A stretch of DNA of 64,000 nt from positions 1 through 64,000 of the forward strand of contig MU004239.1 of assembly GCA_010405405.1 (NCBI GenBank), read 5' to 3'. Below are positions 12,633 to 25,733 of the stretch, piece by piece. Under the pieces are notes generated by a model, which saw only the letters and a program-made list of their open reading frames with translations, did not search any database and was not told where the DNA came from. A program made the position numbers and the translations under genes. Every line of letters starts with the position of its first letter. The first letter of the stretch is position 1. The stretch comes from Microthyrium microscopicum (taxonomy: Eukaryota).

Positions 12633-12997
12633 CTAGAGATAAAGTCAGTACCTGAGTTCAGAAGATGAGCGTGGCCAAGCTGGTGTGTGGTGTGGGTGAA
12701 AAGAAGACGAGATGAAGACGTAGGCGGCGTGAGCCCGAGGTGGCGATAAGGCTATGGATTAAGACACAGGCAGTGACAACTGGGTATCCAGTGGATAACT
12801 CCCGCCTTCACATGATGGGACAGTGAAATTGAACTAGAAAATGTTGTCGTGAATCCAAATTTTGCGAATTGCGGTTCGAATTCAATATAGGCAAGTCGAC
12901 CTGGATGGGTCACCGCCCAGGTTGCTTCAAGAGCAGCAATCCATACAGCAAACCGTTGCGAGCGGAAGAAGGAGGTTGAAAACAAAATAAAACATAC
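12633..12997 (-). other. Predicted first 5'-UTR intron of ODC mRNA
   Basis: Donor AAG|GTATGT at 12997, branch ACTGAC, acceptor TAG at 12633; removes upstream AUGs. Confidence 0.6.
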
Positions 12998-14298
12998 CTT
13001 TGTAGGAATAGAGCAAGATTTTGGGATGGTGATAGAGTGAGAGGTAATGGAAGATGGAGAAGTGGCAGAGGCTGCGTAATAAATCAAAGTGTGTAATGAC
13101 CGATGAGGCGGTGTTGCAATTAGCGTAAAGTAGTAGTACTTGGACCAGTAAAAAGGTAGAGAGAATTCCAGGATAATTAAGCTATGAATTAAAACACTGA
13201 AGAATTTTCGGTGCAGGAGTCAGTCTCCACTATCCGGCGCGGTACAAATCGGACTCACCGAAGAATCAAGATGATGTATCACATAATATTAGCTAATAGA
13301 GGTTTGTCACCATACCTTTCAACTTAAATAAATCTGCGGTAAGGTAGAGTATGGGGAATTGCCGACGGCACAAACAGTACTTGAATTATCAGGTACCTAG
13401 ATGTACTTGTACAGAAGCCCGTTCATAACTTCATTCTGAACCGCCTAGATCATTCGTTGTGTCAGCAAAAGACGCTCATACAAATTGCAATAATGTATGG
13501 TAGCAACACAATAGAATGCAAGCACTGTGACTTAATCGTCAAGTTGATCATTTACTTTCTGGACAATGGATGGGAAGTATCGCATCTGATGGCCCATGGG
13601 AGCAGGTAGAGTTATATACTACATTTCGAGGATTTTCTCCTGAGCCGAACCTAGTCTTTTGGACAAGTTTTGATCACACGGATCATGCGAGGTTATCACA
13701 CTTTATTTCGTATTCTTGCAGGCCCCTAGACTTGTCTGGGTCACGATTTCGTTTTGGCTATGCCGTTTCGAGACGCGTGAAAACGTCTGTGTCAAATTGA
13801 CTTTAAGATGCGGGAGCCTACATGTTCAATCCACAGCAGGTGCATCTGCTGGGGCACGAACAATACCACAATACAGCGATGTTCCAGCGATTAGTGAGTG
13901 CTAGACGAGTGCAGACGTGCCAGATTTAGTACCGTGGTCAATGGGCAAAGCAAATCACATACAAGTAGGTACTTTGTACCGAATACCGCAAAACATTATA
14001 CCAAGCAATGCAATAGCATAAGCTAGTCAATCAATTGACCCTTTTTTTTGGCAAACTTTCATGTGTATTTTGTTCAACATATGGGTGTAGGTTGTAGGAA
14101 CATACTTATATATTATAATATAAGCTCTATGAACTCTAAATTTTAATGTTACGGTAAGTGCACTCAGGCTCCTATGATTAGTCAAGCTAGTCCTTAAATA
14201 CCATCACAGTGATATAGAGCTGACTATGCTTTTAAGCTATCTACCAACGCCGTGCTATATGAACGTTCCCTGACCCGCAAGCTAAATCATAAACACTG

Positions 14299-15515
14299 TC
14301 ATGCAAGATTAAACTTCATTCTCTTCGGTGCTCCACCCTGTGAATCCGCCTTTCGCTTTCGATCCATTTCTTCCCTCATTATCCGCTCTGCTTCGCTCAT
14401 CTTCTTCGGCTGTTCCTTTACTGGCCCTTTTCTTGCAGCCAACGGGTTCTTTTTCGCTGCGGAGAATACGTTCTTGGGTCTTGGAGCCGTGCCCCCAAAA
14501 GAAAGCTTCATTGAGCTGGTCGCTGGAGTTGTGCTGGATGTAGGTACCGTGCTGTCAGTGCTCACATGCTCCGTGGTCGCTGCTACAGGAGATGCTACCA
14601 GCAACGTATCGCTCTCCTGAACTTCCAGATTTTCTTTGGTTTCGGCAACTGCAGCTTCCTCCGTTGGTGCTTTACTTCCGAACTGAAGTGTAATCTTCTC
14701 GCCCTCCTTGCGCTCAAGAGTAGTGTCCGCATCAGCCTGCCGTTGTTCTTCCAATCGCGCATTTTTACGAGCTCTCTGGACCTGTTCTTCGATAGCTCTC
14801 TTTTCGCGTTCATCATCGCCTTTGTCCTGTCTCTCCTTCTTCCGTATAGCATCCTGTCTTCTCAGCGCTTCGGGGCTGTTATCGATCCAAGAAATGTACA
14901 CGCCTTTGCCGTCTTCGTTATCAGTGATACGGCAGATACCCTCTCGGCTGAGAAATTTCGCAAACTCGGACAGGCTGTTCCATTGTGTGGCATTCATGTG
15001 AACATGCTCCCTACAGCTTATTAACAATGGCCTTCGGAGACACGCATTGGTGGCTTACTTGTTGGCAATGTATTCGTTGTAGAAGCGATTCAAAAGGATT
15101 GGCTTTTCGCCATGAGAGGTTCGAAGTAGGGAGAGGAAGTCGCGCTTGAATTCGTTGCTGTATTGCCGAATGAACTTTTTTGGATCTTGGCCAATCTAAT
15201 ATAACAATTAGTCTCATGATCGGATGACGGTTTTGCCCAAAATATAGTGACTAACCAGTTGCATGTTACGAACATGCCCTTCGCTAAGTGTATGTTGCTT
15301 GAAACCTATCGATTGTCAATACCATCATCGGTATTTGCGAGCATCATTTGGAGAATAGAACCACGCACACAAAACGTGCTAGCTGAGGGAGACTGACCAT
15401 TTTCATCGCGCATTTGGCGCTGGCAACCTTCACACCACCAGCGCAAGCGCTGAAGGCCTTTGCTTTTCATCTTGTTGGCCAAATGCTTCGTGGATCCAAC
15501 TTCGGCTTTTGGCAT
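14299..15515 (-). CDS. KIN17: KIN17/Rts2 zinc-finger DNA/RNA-binding protein, multi-exon
   Basis: MPKAEVGSTKHLANKMKSKGLQRLRWWCEGCQRQMRDENG, EHVHMNATQWNSLSEFAKFL, YISWIDNSPEAL. Confidence 0.92.
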
Positions 15516-15924
15516 GGTGGCGGTATTGGGGATGTTCTCGAGCTAAGTGGTTGTAAAGGATTCGGGAGATGAGATATGTAGAGAAAGTATGGCGGAGTTG
15601 TGGTATAAGTTTGGAGAAAAGATAAGACTTCTCTAGGACCTCATATGAAAGAATTGCTGTTCTGTTCAAATGTTCAATGTTTTTAGCTAGTAGATGTAAC
15701 AATTGATGCAGTAGTAAATGTTGGAGCGCAAGGACACAAGGCAGCCAAGGCAAACACGTGCGCCCCATAATTCCACCTTTTGGAATAGCCCCTCCTCCAG
15801 CCCCTTAAGCTAACTTTCACCCCACGTCGTACTATGACTATGATTTTGCATGGAGCCCTTCAACTCCTGATCTTGCTGCTGCTTGCTTGTTTGCATAGTA
15901 TCTATAGCCGTTTGTCCTTTAGCC

Positions 15925-17475
15925 ATGTCGCTTCGCTCGCCTTCTGAGGTGTCTATAGAAGCGTCGCCTGAACCTTCAGTTGATCCTGAAAACTTTGACG
16001 AAACCTCATCACAACTCGCTCACCATGGTGAAGAACAAGACAACTGGGTAATCACTACACCAGCCCAAATCCTAGATCTCTACAAACAACCTCGAAAAAA
16101 AGCTGTCAAAAAGGGAACCAAAGCCAAGGGAAAGGCCCCAGCCCAGCCATCCAGCTCCTCGCAGCACGTCAACCCATCTCGACCTCCACCTAAATCTGCA
16201 CGGTTGGCAAATATCCAACGACGAAAGGAGAAACAAAGGGAGCAGCAGCAATTACAGCAACAGCTCCAGCAGCGCTTAGCGCAAAATCTGGCTCAAGATC
16301 AAGACGCCTCCACCTCTGCGGGTGTACCCATTGAAGTTATTGCATCAGTGGAGGATGAACATGACGAGGACGACGAGGAAGAAAATGATGATGAGTTGGA
16401 AATCATCAGTGCGTCCAAACCTCGTAAAAGACGCAAGCGAGTCTCAACACCAGAAGGATCCGAGTTGGTGACAATCGTTCCCTCAATGATGAGCATGTTC
16501 GACCTTTCGGCTCGCACTCGTCGAAATGGGCTGAAATCTGAGCGAGAGTCAAAGATGCGAAAGATTGACTGGACTGCGGTAAAGCAACGGCGCAAAGAAG
16601 ACGAAGTCCGCAAAGCATATGAACGCGGTGTACCAAAGAACTATCTCGATGCTGAAAATGAGCCAGAGTTCGGTGAAGAAGCTACAGACGCTGATATGGA
16701 CGCAGCGCTAAACCGTGTCTTGGCTCAAAATGCGACCAAAAAGACTGCTCAGGGTGTCCGCATCCGTGTGGTCAATGGTGAACACGTAGTTGACGAACAA
16801 ACCCAGCGCGTGGACAGACATGCTCATGCCAACGAAGACCTTGAAGCATTGGAAGAGATTGAAGAGGACGATCTTACTCGTCAGTTCAACTCTCAGACTT
16901 ATATCCACATGAGAAGACGTGATCCCAAAGAACGTATCAGAACCAACGACAAGTGGAGTATGGAGTCAACCGACAAATTTTACAGGGCCCTTGCCCAGTT
17001 CGGTACCGACTTCTACATCATAAGTCAGATGTTTCCCGGACGTACCAGGAGACAAATCAAGGCCAAATATATCCGCGAGGAGAGGGCGGATCCAGAGCGC
17101 GTTCAGCATACTCTCTCGGCGTCGATAGAAGGTGAAGGCAATTCCAGAAAATGGGACCTGGAAGTTTTTCGCGAACACGCCGGCATGGCTCTTTCGGACT
17201 TCAAAGATCCTCGTGCCATTGAGGCGGAGCTTGAGGCACGAAGAAAGGAGCGGGAAGAGCAGATTGAAGAACAACGATTAGAGACGGAAGAGACTAAGCG
17301 GCAGAGAAGGCTGGCTGGTGAGCTTAGCGAAGGGAACGAGGATGAAGAGGGTAACACACAAGCTGGAGCCACATCCAAGAAGAAAAATGCTCCAGCCATC
17401 ACTCGTGATTTGCTTGACGAGGAGCTGGAAGAGATTGAGGAAGGTAGTGACCTTGAGGATGAGGATGAGGATTAA
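15925..17475 (+). CDS. BDP1: TFIIIB subunit B'' (Bdp1) with SANT/Myb domain
   Basis: KWSMESTDKFYRALAQFGTDFYIISQMFPGRTRRQIKAKYIREER is a Bdp1-type SANT domain; first ATG at 15925. Confidence 0.88.
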   Translation: MSLRSPSEVSIEASPEPSVDPENFDETSSQLAHHGEEQDNWVITTPAQILDLYKQPRKKAVKKGTKAKGKAPAQPSSSSQHVNPSRPPPKSARLANIQRRKEKQREQQQLQQQLQQRLAQNLAQDQDASTSAGVPIEVIASVEDEHDEDDEEENDDELEIISASKPRKRRKRVSTPEGSELVTIVPSMMSMFDLSARTRRNGLKSERESKMRKIDWTAVKQRRKEDEVRKAYERGVPKNYLDAENEPEFGEEATDADMDAALNRVLAQNATKKTAQGVRIRVVNGEHVVDEQTQRVDRHAHANEDLEALEEIEEDDLTRQFNSQTYIHMRRRDPKERIRTNDKWSMESTDKFYRALAQFGTDFYIISQMFPGRTRRQIKAKYIREERADPERVQHTLSASIEGEGNSRKWDLEVFREHAGMALSDFKDPRAIEAELEARRKEREEQIEEQRLETEETKRQRRLAGELSEGNEDEEGNTQAGATSKKKNAPAITRDLLDEELEEIEEGSDLEDEDED

Positions 17476-17808
17476 ACGCTCGTTCTGATATTCGATTTTT
17501 GCATACAAGATACCCCTATATGACAGAATGTAATAATACTCAATGGCCAATTACACCATGAAACTCACACTTTCCTGCTTGCAATTTGGATAAACTCTGC
17601 CTTCGTTATAATTGATGATCGCCATGCCCCCACATGATGAAATACTCAAAGTCTCTGAAGCACACCAAGTGCCAGTGCAGACCTCGCTCACGTTGACAAT
17701 GGCCGTTTCCATAAGTCTAAGATACCGCTTTCATTGCCTGCTCATGCTATCTACCTAATACAGTTGGGCGATTGTTGATACCTCCTAGCCAAAAGGTCCC
17801 GGAGAAAC

Positions 17809-18813
17809 TCAATTATCCATAGGTTCGGCCTTGATGAACACACCTGCGCTCTTCTTCATGACCCGAACCTCATCAATCAGCTGGGAAACAGCTGCACTAA
17901 GGTTGTTTCCCTTAGGAAACCCCGTATTGCCAGTTTGCGGTGAGGAAAGCTCCTCATAGTCACTGTAGCTCAGCAAAGGACGCTGAGTTATGAGTGAAGA
18001 ACGCCCAGACGCTCCGTGGGCTGGACGTGAGTGGGATTTGAGAACACGAGGCTCTCCAATCACTCGATGACCAACCCGCGAGGAACGGGCCAATTGTCTC
18101 GTCCAAGGACAGCGAATCCGGTCAGAACAGTCGTGTTGGGCTTCGGGTTCACGTTCGCGGTAAGGGAGGGAAATGGAGCCAGCCGAGTGGCCTTCCCGTG
18201 CGGTGTCTCCCTGAATAGGAGGGTTGGGCGCCTCCCGGGAGACGATTGATGCAACTTGAGAGCTGGCGGAAGTCTGGCGGCTCTTTGCCTCCGGACGCCA
18301 GCCATCACCTCCGCCAGGAAGCCGAATACTATGACCATTTGGTTCAGTGACAGTAGTGATATTTGGGGCAGTGACATGAATGACAGGTGGTTCGGTGACT
18401 TGGCTCAAGCCCTCTGAGATAAGGCGTTGATAGTCTCCTCGCATTGACAATGGACTCAGGGGAAGTGCGCGGGTAAGTTCGGTGGCAGTCTTTGAGATGA
18501 GGGCCTTGAGGCGAAGTAGATTGATCTCTGGGGCAGTCTTTGTCGCATGACCACGATCCCGCTGGGAGCAGAGCAGAGCAATTTCCTTGTCTGCGTCGTT
18601 TACCATTCTCGCCATCTGTGAACGCCAAGTCTTGAGCTCAGTTAGTCTCTTGTCGAACTCGTCCTCTGAAGTACAAGTGGAGTTGGAGCTGCCATAAGCG
18701 CCTTTCTTAATCTTGACTTCGACATGATACTTGTCGCTTATTGCTTGTTGAAGGACTTGGGCGAGGCGCTTCGGATCTGGCAGAGCGCCCTTAGAGGGCG
18801 CTATCAGAGACAT
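17809..18813 (-). CDS. Hypothetical protein (N-terminal coiled coil, disordered C-terminus)
   Basis: Uninterrupted ORF of about 334 codons from ATG 18813 (MSLIAPSKG); no family recognised. Confidence 0.6.
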   Translation of the reverse strand: MSLIAPSKGALPDPKRLAQVLQQAISDKYHVEVKIKKGAYGSSNSTCTSEDEFDKRLTELKTWRSQMARMVNDADKEIALLCSQRDRGHATKTAPEINLLRLKALISKTATELTRALPLSPLSMRGDYQRLISEGLSQVTEPPVIHVTAPNITTVTEPNGHSIRLPGGGDGWRPEAKSRQTSASSQVASIVSREAPNPPIQGDTAREGHSAGSISLPYREREPEAQHDCSDRIRCPWTRQLARSSRVGHRVIGEPRVLKSHSRPAHGASGRSSLITQRPLLSYSDYEELSSPQTGNTGFPKGNNLSAAVSQLIDEVRVMKKSAGVFIKAEPMDN

Positions 18814-19497
18814 TTGGAGACAGACGCGGAGTTGGAAAGTTATAGATGGATGAGAGGGTAAGAGCAAGAAGAGGATGGAGATAGCCTTGTTGTTGGCATC
18901 AGCACTCGGCAGAGATGTAAACAGGCAGCGGCCACGGCAGGCGCGACGTGCTTGCACTGTGACAACATGCTCTTTCCTTCCTTCCTTCCTTGATGGAGAA
19001 AGAGGGAGTTGCGACTGTTATCAAGGAAAGAGCACTTGAGTCAAAAGTGAGTCGCTCTTGCCTGTGTCAATATCATCGTGACCACCGATTGCTCTTTCCA
19101 CTTTTCATCTTATCTGACTGAGACCACCAACACCCTCAACATCAAAGATCAAAGAGGCCATTCCTGAAGGGTCAAAGTACGATACCATCTAGTCTATCAT
19201 TATTTCTAAATGATTTTGAAGCTTCAGACCGTAAGGCGTTGGTTGAAGTAAGAGTAAGAGTCTTAGCAAGCACGCGGGGAACATAGAAAATCTTAACCTT
19301 GACTTCGCCTCGTTGCTGCTAACAGGTTCAGTGCTACCTGTTACCACAGATCCACTGCCATCATTTTGATCTCGCTTCTTCTGACTAAATCCATATCCAC
19401 TCAGCAAAACGGGACTAACCCGACCTTTGATAACACCTACTGCATAATAACAAGGCCTCTGCTACACAGCTGGCAGTTCTTTCATTCTGGTTTTGAG

Positions 19498-20613
19498 ATG
19501 ATACCCATCACCATTATCACTGGCTTTTTGGGCAGCGGCAAAACCACACTCATACTCAACCTCATACCTCAAGTTCCCGAAACTTACCGCCTAGCCCTGA
19601 TCAAGAATGAATTCGGTGATGTTGCTGTCGATTCCCAACTGGCCGGCGCCCAAGCAATATCCGGTGTCAAGGAGCTTCTAAATGGCTGCATCTGTTGCAA
19701 TCTCGTCGGTTCGCTTGCAGAAGCACTCGAAACTTTACGCACAGAACAAAATCCAGATCGCTTCATCATCGAAACTAGTGGCTCTGCCTTTCCAGCGACG
19801 CTGGCTATGGAAGTGAACCGGATTTCGCGAGAGACTGGCCACTATCAACTCGATGGCGTCATCAGCCTGATAGATGTAGAGAACTGGAAAGGCTACGAAG
19901 ACACATCCTACACTGCCAAAGTACAAGCCCGATACACCGATCTTCTCGTCCTAAGCAAATGGGAGCTCGTCAGCGAAAGAGAGTACGACGACTGCATTGA
20001 CCGCATCCTCGATCTGGATCTCGACATACCAACCCCACGAGTAAAGTCCAACAAGGGCTGGGTCGATAAAGATTTACTTCTTGGACTAGATGCGAAGCTG
20101 GCTAAAACGACAAAGCATGGCGACTATCAGCATATATATCAGGAGCATGAGCATGAGCATGACACTGACCACGGCCACGATCACCAGAGTGAAGTTGAAG
20201 TCTTATCCATCACGCTGAACAGCGATGAGGCAGTTAATGGCGTGGATCTTGAAAAGCTTGAGATGTTGCTCGAAAGCGCGCCCAAGGACGAGGTTTATCG
20301 GATCAAGGCACTAATCTACGCCTTCGAAGGACCTGCTTCTTCTACCGGGGAGCATGCTGATGCGCCTGCAGAGGGAACTGCAGGTCGTTACATACTTAAC
20401 TGGGCATTTGGAAGATGGACGTTTACCGCAGTGCCGCGCACTGCGGAAGATGCTGGGGCCGCAAGTACAGGAAAAGAGCCAGTATTGCGAATGACGATTG
20501 TTACGGCTAGATATGAGGGTCAGAAGTGGGCAAAGAGAGCAGAGTCAAGCGAGTATATTGCTGTTACAAAGGGAAAGGAGTCTGCGGAACTTCGCGTACG
20601 CATGCTTTCATGA
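19498..20613 (+). CDS. CobW/COG0523 (G3E) zinc-metallochaperone GTPase, ZNG1-like
   Basis: ITIITGFLGSGKTT P-loop, NEFG, GCICC (CxCC), IETSG, His-rich linker HEHEHDTDHGHDH, YRIKA. Confidence 0.9.
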   Translation: MIPITIITGFLGSGKTTLILNLIPQVPETYRLALIKNEFGDVAVDSQLAGAQAISGVKELLNGCICCNLVGSLAEALETLRTEQNPDRFIIETSGSAFPATLAMEVNRISRETGHYQLDGVISLIDVENWKGYEDTSYTAKVQARYTDLLVLSKWELVSEREYDDCIDRILDLDLDIPTPRVKSNKGWVDKDLLLGLDAKLAKTTKHGDYQHIYQEHEHEHDTDHGHDHQSEVEVLSITLNSDEAVNGVDLEKLEMLLESAPKDEVYRIKALIYAFEGPASSTGEHADAPAEGTAGRYILNWAFGRWTFTAVPRTAEDAGAASTGKEPVLRMTIVTARYEGQKWAKRAESSEYIAVTKGKESAELRVRMLS

Positions 20614-20848
20614 TGGAACGAATCACGACTTGTCTAGTTTTCTAGCTTTATATCACCTGAGCTTGCCTTCAATACTTGGGCATCTGTACAATCTATTCAA
20701 CGTCATTTAGCATAAACAAGTTAACGTATGCTTGATTGTTCACATGAGAATGTTTACGGAAGTTATTTTCGGGGGATACAGCACCTGTATGTCACGATTT
20801 CGAGTCAAAGAGTCTATGTAACAACAGTAGCGAAGCAATATCGGAGTT

Positions 20849-22036
20849 TTATATTCCCCAAATCACAATGCGACCATCAACACCACTCGCTAGTAAAAGT
20901 TAGAAGGGATTTTGGCCATGCTTTGCGTTCGGACTTACTGCTGAACTTGCTAGCGCCCTGACCTGGTGGCCCATATACTCTGACCTTGGTAATTGTGTTT
21001 TGATGAACCGTATCAAGCTTGGTATCGTCCTTGGTTTTACCCTTGAGATCCATTTGTCGAAACATGTTAAGAGCAGATTCTTCGTGTCCGCTCGCCGCTC
21101 CCGGACGACTCTTTGTAGCCACAGTTCCAGAAAGCTGCCAGCCTGATTCCCCACCTTGCAACTTGTATGCTTGACAATCCTAGACACGATTAGAACAATA
21201 AATAGCCAGCTAGCGAAGTGACCTACATATCCTGCCGCAATGATCTCTGACTCTGAGCTCCAAATGACCCCAGAGAATGGAAGAAGCTGAGTGCTAACGC
21301 TGACAATGGCCTTGGGTGGTTGCTCCGGCGCGCTTGGATACACAACCGTCAAGCTGCTATCATGCGCGACAAAAGCTAAAGCGTTTCCGCTGGGTGAGAA
21401 CGCAACATCGTGAACCCAGCCTGCTGTACTGTTCATGTATTCTCCACAGACAGTATTGAACGGCAAACGCTCGCCCCAAGCAGATGGCTCCGGACGGGGA
21501 TCAATACCCTTGATGAAGCTTGAAAACACTCGCGCATGGCCATCGGTCGACGCCGCAGCCAAAAGCACCGAGTTTGGATGCCAGGCAACAGAGGTAATGG
21601 TACTGCGAATAGGCTTCTTCAAATGCTTTGAAACCCACCAGTTATCCTCTTCTTCAAAATGACAAATCGCAATTGTGCGTGCTCCCGAGCCAGCCGCAAA
21701 TTTCATCTCGGACGGTGACCAGCGGACGCAGGTGGCAGCGCGGTTAAGACGGAGGAGGACGAGAGTGGGCTTCCATCCGGTAGGAGACGGCTCCCAAACA
21801 TAGGCATTTCGGTCCTGAGAGCAGGTTACGATTTTGCCAGAGTTTGGTGCAATATCGACGCCTGTCACGGTCTTGTCGTGACCTGTCAGTTCATCCTTCA
21901 ATTGGAAGCCTTGGGGACCTCGTTTGTAGAGCTCGACGGTGGTGTCTTTGGCGACGGCGAGTGTATTCTGATCGGCGGAGAAGGAGTGGTCTGCGATGGG
22001 GTGGTGGAACAGATGGTGAACTTCTGGAGGGGCCAT
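20849..22036 (-). CDS. ARC40: Arp2/3 complex subunit 1 (p40, WD40), 3 exons
   Basis: IVTCSQDRNAYVW, WKPTLVLLRLNRAAT, NWWVSKHLKKPIRSTI, HQNTIT; last exon TSGVDGRIVIWGI*. Confidence 0.95.
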
Positions 22037-22843
22037 AGCTGTCAGCGATAGGAGTAGCTCTCTACTATCACGGGTTAGTTGTGAAGCTGGATGGTGTGCT
22101 GTCGTGCTGGAAGTGTTGAAGACGTCGAGGGGTGAGGTTGGTTGGCAGACGTAAGGCGGGCATTTGCAGCAAGCTCCACCCCCACTTTGGCATTTTCTGT
22201 ATCTTCAAGTTCTCAACTGAAAATTCCATCACCACTTCCTCCCTCCAGTAGGTACAGTAGTACAGTATGAAAGAAGAATTAAAATGCTACCCCATTTTTC
22301 GAAAGCTAGATCTAGTTTGCACCATTCATCTATCAGAACATCTGAGTCCGATGGAATCATCAAGATCAAGATGGAATGACTGTAGGGCCAGGCTCTCAAC
22401 CCAGCTCACAGAGCTTGCCCAGCCCTCTAACAGCTTATTGCTGCAACCATAGCGCACGTTACTGGAGTTTCCAATGTTGATGCTGTTAGTTGTCACGCAT
22501 TCAACGGAGACACCAAAGTTGAATGCTCGAGAATTCATGTTGGAAAGGCATTGGATATGTACAAGTCCAATCAGAATAATTGTGTAAGGTGGGAACATTT
22601 GGTTATTATCTAGGACTTCTGATGAAGGACAAGCTTTTTGATAAACCTGAACACGATCTTCATGACATCCCATGCGCACAGTGTCCTTTTTCATCAAGAA
22701 ATACTTCAATTCCCATAGAATGCCAATGTATTTATGGAAAGTCCAGTGAGGACCAAATTGCTGCCGCAATATTCTGACATATAGCACTCAGTTTTGGCTT
22801 GATAATGAAAATGCAAAAAAGAGTTTGCTATTCTCGCGGCTGC

Positions 22844-24544
22844 TCATACAGCTTTTGGAGCCTGGCTCTGATGCTCAATCTCGGCCTCGTCAACAGAGCT
22901 AACGCTATGTACGCTTTTCCTATCGAACAGTTCACTCAGGCCCTCTAGACTCTTTCGTGATGTCTCCGGGTACAAGAAATATATTACGGGCAGGCAAACC
23001 AGGTTGATAGCCATGAAAATGAAGTATGTCTTCGAGCCAATATTCTGTATTCCCACAGGCCATGCTTGAGCGACAATGATGGAGCCAATAGCACCTCCGG
23101 ACGCAGCAAAGTTTAGTCCACGGGCGCGGAAATTGGTTGGGAAGATTTCAGAACCGTATACCCAGGCTGCGGGTCCGAAACTGACGCTGTAGCCAAATGT
23201 ATAAAAGAATATGAACACAATGCAAGTGTAATCTGATGCGTGGTTGCTTTGATTCGGGTAGGCCAGAGGCAGTGCGCCGTTGATCTGATATCCTGTTAGC
23301 TTCTCTCAAGTTTTTGTCAGGTACTAGGAAAGTCTCATACCAGCATAGCAAAGAACATGACTGTAATCCCACCCAGCATAGTAGCCCGTCGTCCAATCAT
23401 GTCTATGAGGAACATTTCAATGATTGTACAACCGATCTTCAACGTCGATTCAACACCGCTAATAAGAAGTGATAGAGGATGGCCTATCCCGAGTTTGTTG
23501 AACAATTGAGGTAGGTAGTATTTCATAGCCGTGGCGCCGCACATTTGCGCCATGAATTGCAATAGGGCAGCTCGCCATAGTCTCTCGAAAAGATCGCGAC
23601 GAGCGAATAGCTGCGTCCAGCTGTTGTTTTCGGCGTGCTCCAATTCGGCCTTGAGCTTGATTGACTCGAACTCATCATCAATCTCGCTTTCCGTGTATGA
23701 GCCAACTCGGAAATAATGCAACGATTTCCGGCCTCTCTCCAATTGTCCATGTTGTATCAACCACCGTGGTCTAAGGAATATTAGCCAAGTACTTAGTAAG
23801 AGTGCAGATGATAGCTCAACACTCACGTTTCGGGTACGAATGGTAATCCAAGCATAAAGATAGTAGCTGGGATGAATTGGAGTGCAATGGACATGCGCCA
23901 GCCGTAGTTGAAGCCCTTGGTTCCTTTCCAGAAGGTTACCGCGTATCCCACCCAAAATGCAACAGCTATTCCGGTAGTAAGGCCGATGTGATTCATGACC
24001 ACATATCTTCCACGGTGCCGTGCAGGTGCAACTTCACTGTAGTTCTGGTCAGCTATTGGAACTCTGAGAAGACGAAATAGGATTTTACCTTTGATATGTT
24101 GGTACTGCGGTGCTGACAATTGCAATTCCAAGACCGCAGAAGATGCGGCCGATTACCATCATTGCAAGTGCTCCGCTTCCTGTTGCACCCGTTTGTAGAG
24201 CAGCACCGAAGCATGTGGTAAGCATTCCAACCAGGCATGCATATCTACGACCGAGATAATCACTTGCTGGATGTGACAAGAATATATAACTGAGCCAGGT
24301 TCCAAGGTAATATATGGCAGTAATGAGTCCAGTTTTTGATGCAGTTGGTTTGTGTAAAGCCTTCTTGAATCCTGCATTTGTGTAAATCGTTGCGAGAATG
24401 CCGATGTTGTAACCTTTAAACTTCAAATCAGTCTCACTCTGTAGATATTTTTGCGATTAACCCACCCCAGACAAAAGAACCAAGAGCAAAGAAGGCGCAC
24501 AAAAAGTACAGTCGCAAAAGCGACTTTGAGAATCGTGGAGACAT
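22844..24544 (-). CDS. MFS sugar porter family transporter, about 6 exons
   Basis: WG|YNIG, SDYLGRR, VPTYQ|SEVAP..RG, PET|PRWL, IDMIGRR, GPAAWVYGSEIFPTNFRARG, YPET. Confidence 0.9.
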
Positions 24545-25733
24545 GGTGGTGCCGAAAGTTGTTAAACAAGGGAGCTCGAAAAGAATTGAAGTTGAAAGCT
24601 CGAGGCTATGGGGTGCTTTTGACAACCGAGATGATGCTTGCTCAAATCATGGAGAGATCAGTCTGAATAATCCAGGATGTGGTGGTGGAGTTGCAGGAGG
24701 CTTGCAGGAAGGGACCGCTTCAGACATGGAGGCAGCAAAGAATCCAGCTCTCGAATCAGCAGCCCGGCAACACTTTTATCCCCATCAATGATCATTTAGC
24801 ACGAGCCGTCCCACAGTGCTGGAATCTCCATTTATGCTTTCTTAGACCATTTTGGCGTTATCGGAAGTACGGACACGCAGAAAAGAGGCATCGCGTCGCG
24901 TGCGATAGCGGCCTTGACCTTGAGCGGCGTCCTAAAAGCAAAAGGTCGCGATGGGTCCACAGGGTCCACCTTTCATCAACCGGAACTGAGAAGATGGATC
25001 TCGACCACTTAACGCCGTTTATTTGAAAAGGGTCTGTCTGCTAAGTTATTGGCTGAGACATGTGGTTTCTAGAAGCAACACTCGTGGATCCTGCCTTTAC
25101 TGATCTAGAAGCAGCTGGATACGGTACACATCTCTCAATAATAATAATCTAGCGGCCCTTGGCCCCGGTATTTTCTATGCGGCAGAGAAGTTCTGAGAGG
25201 CATTTGGCATGACTGGGGGACCCGTTAGTTCAACTTAGTTGCATGAGAGAGGAAGTAGGTGATGCATAGCACTTTTACTTCTGCTAACATGTACAGTTAA
25301 CTAATCACTGTACTGAGACCAGTACTCTAGTCGAGGTATGCTTGAAAGTTTAATGACATGATGGACCGCCATTCAGGGAATCACCACACATCAATCCCGC
25401 GCAGATCAAGGTCGACAGAGGAAGTTGAGAGACGAATGCAGCAACTCTAAATCTCCTAAGCAACTGAGAATTCTTCGGCACTCAACTCGGAAGCTGCCAG
25501 CTCTACCGCCTCCTTGGTAATGCCGCAGAAGTCCAGTCTCCAGGTGTCATCCAAGACCTGCAAGTGAGGCCAATAACTGAACAAATAAAATTCTAGGCGA
25601 ATACATGTGGTGCCACGCTGAGAAGAAAGTTAAGGAATTCCAGTTAGTAACTTATTTGAGAAGCCATGGAGCAGACGCCAAGGACTTCTCACATCTCAAC
25701 TCACATCTCAACTGTTTTCCAAATAATCCAGAA

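Noticed and set aside
12652..12731. ACG-initiated uORF using a donor at 12651
   Set aside because: GTACTGAC there is better read as the branch point of the intron ending at TAG 12633, and the AUU/RPP* model uses stronger splice signals.
14252..17550. Antisense and alternative-frame ORFs over KIN17 and BDP1 (and similar ones elsewhere)
   Set aside because: Shadow ORFs of real genes with low-complexity translations.
22326..22787. 153-aa minus-strand ORF
   Set aside because: No recognisable motif; lies in the 3' region of the sugar porter; likely spurious.
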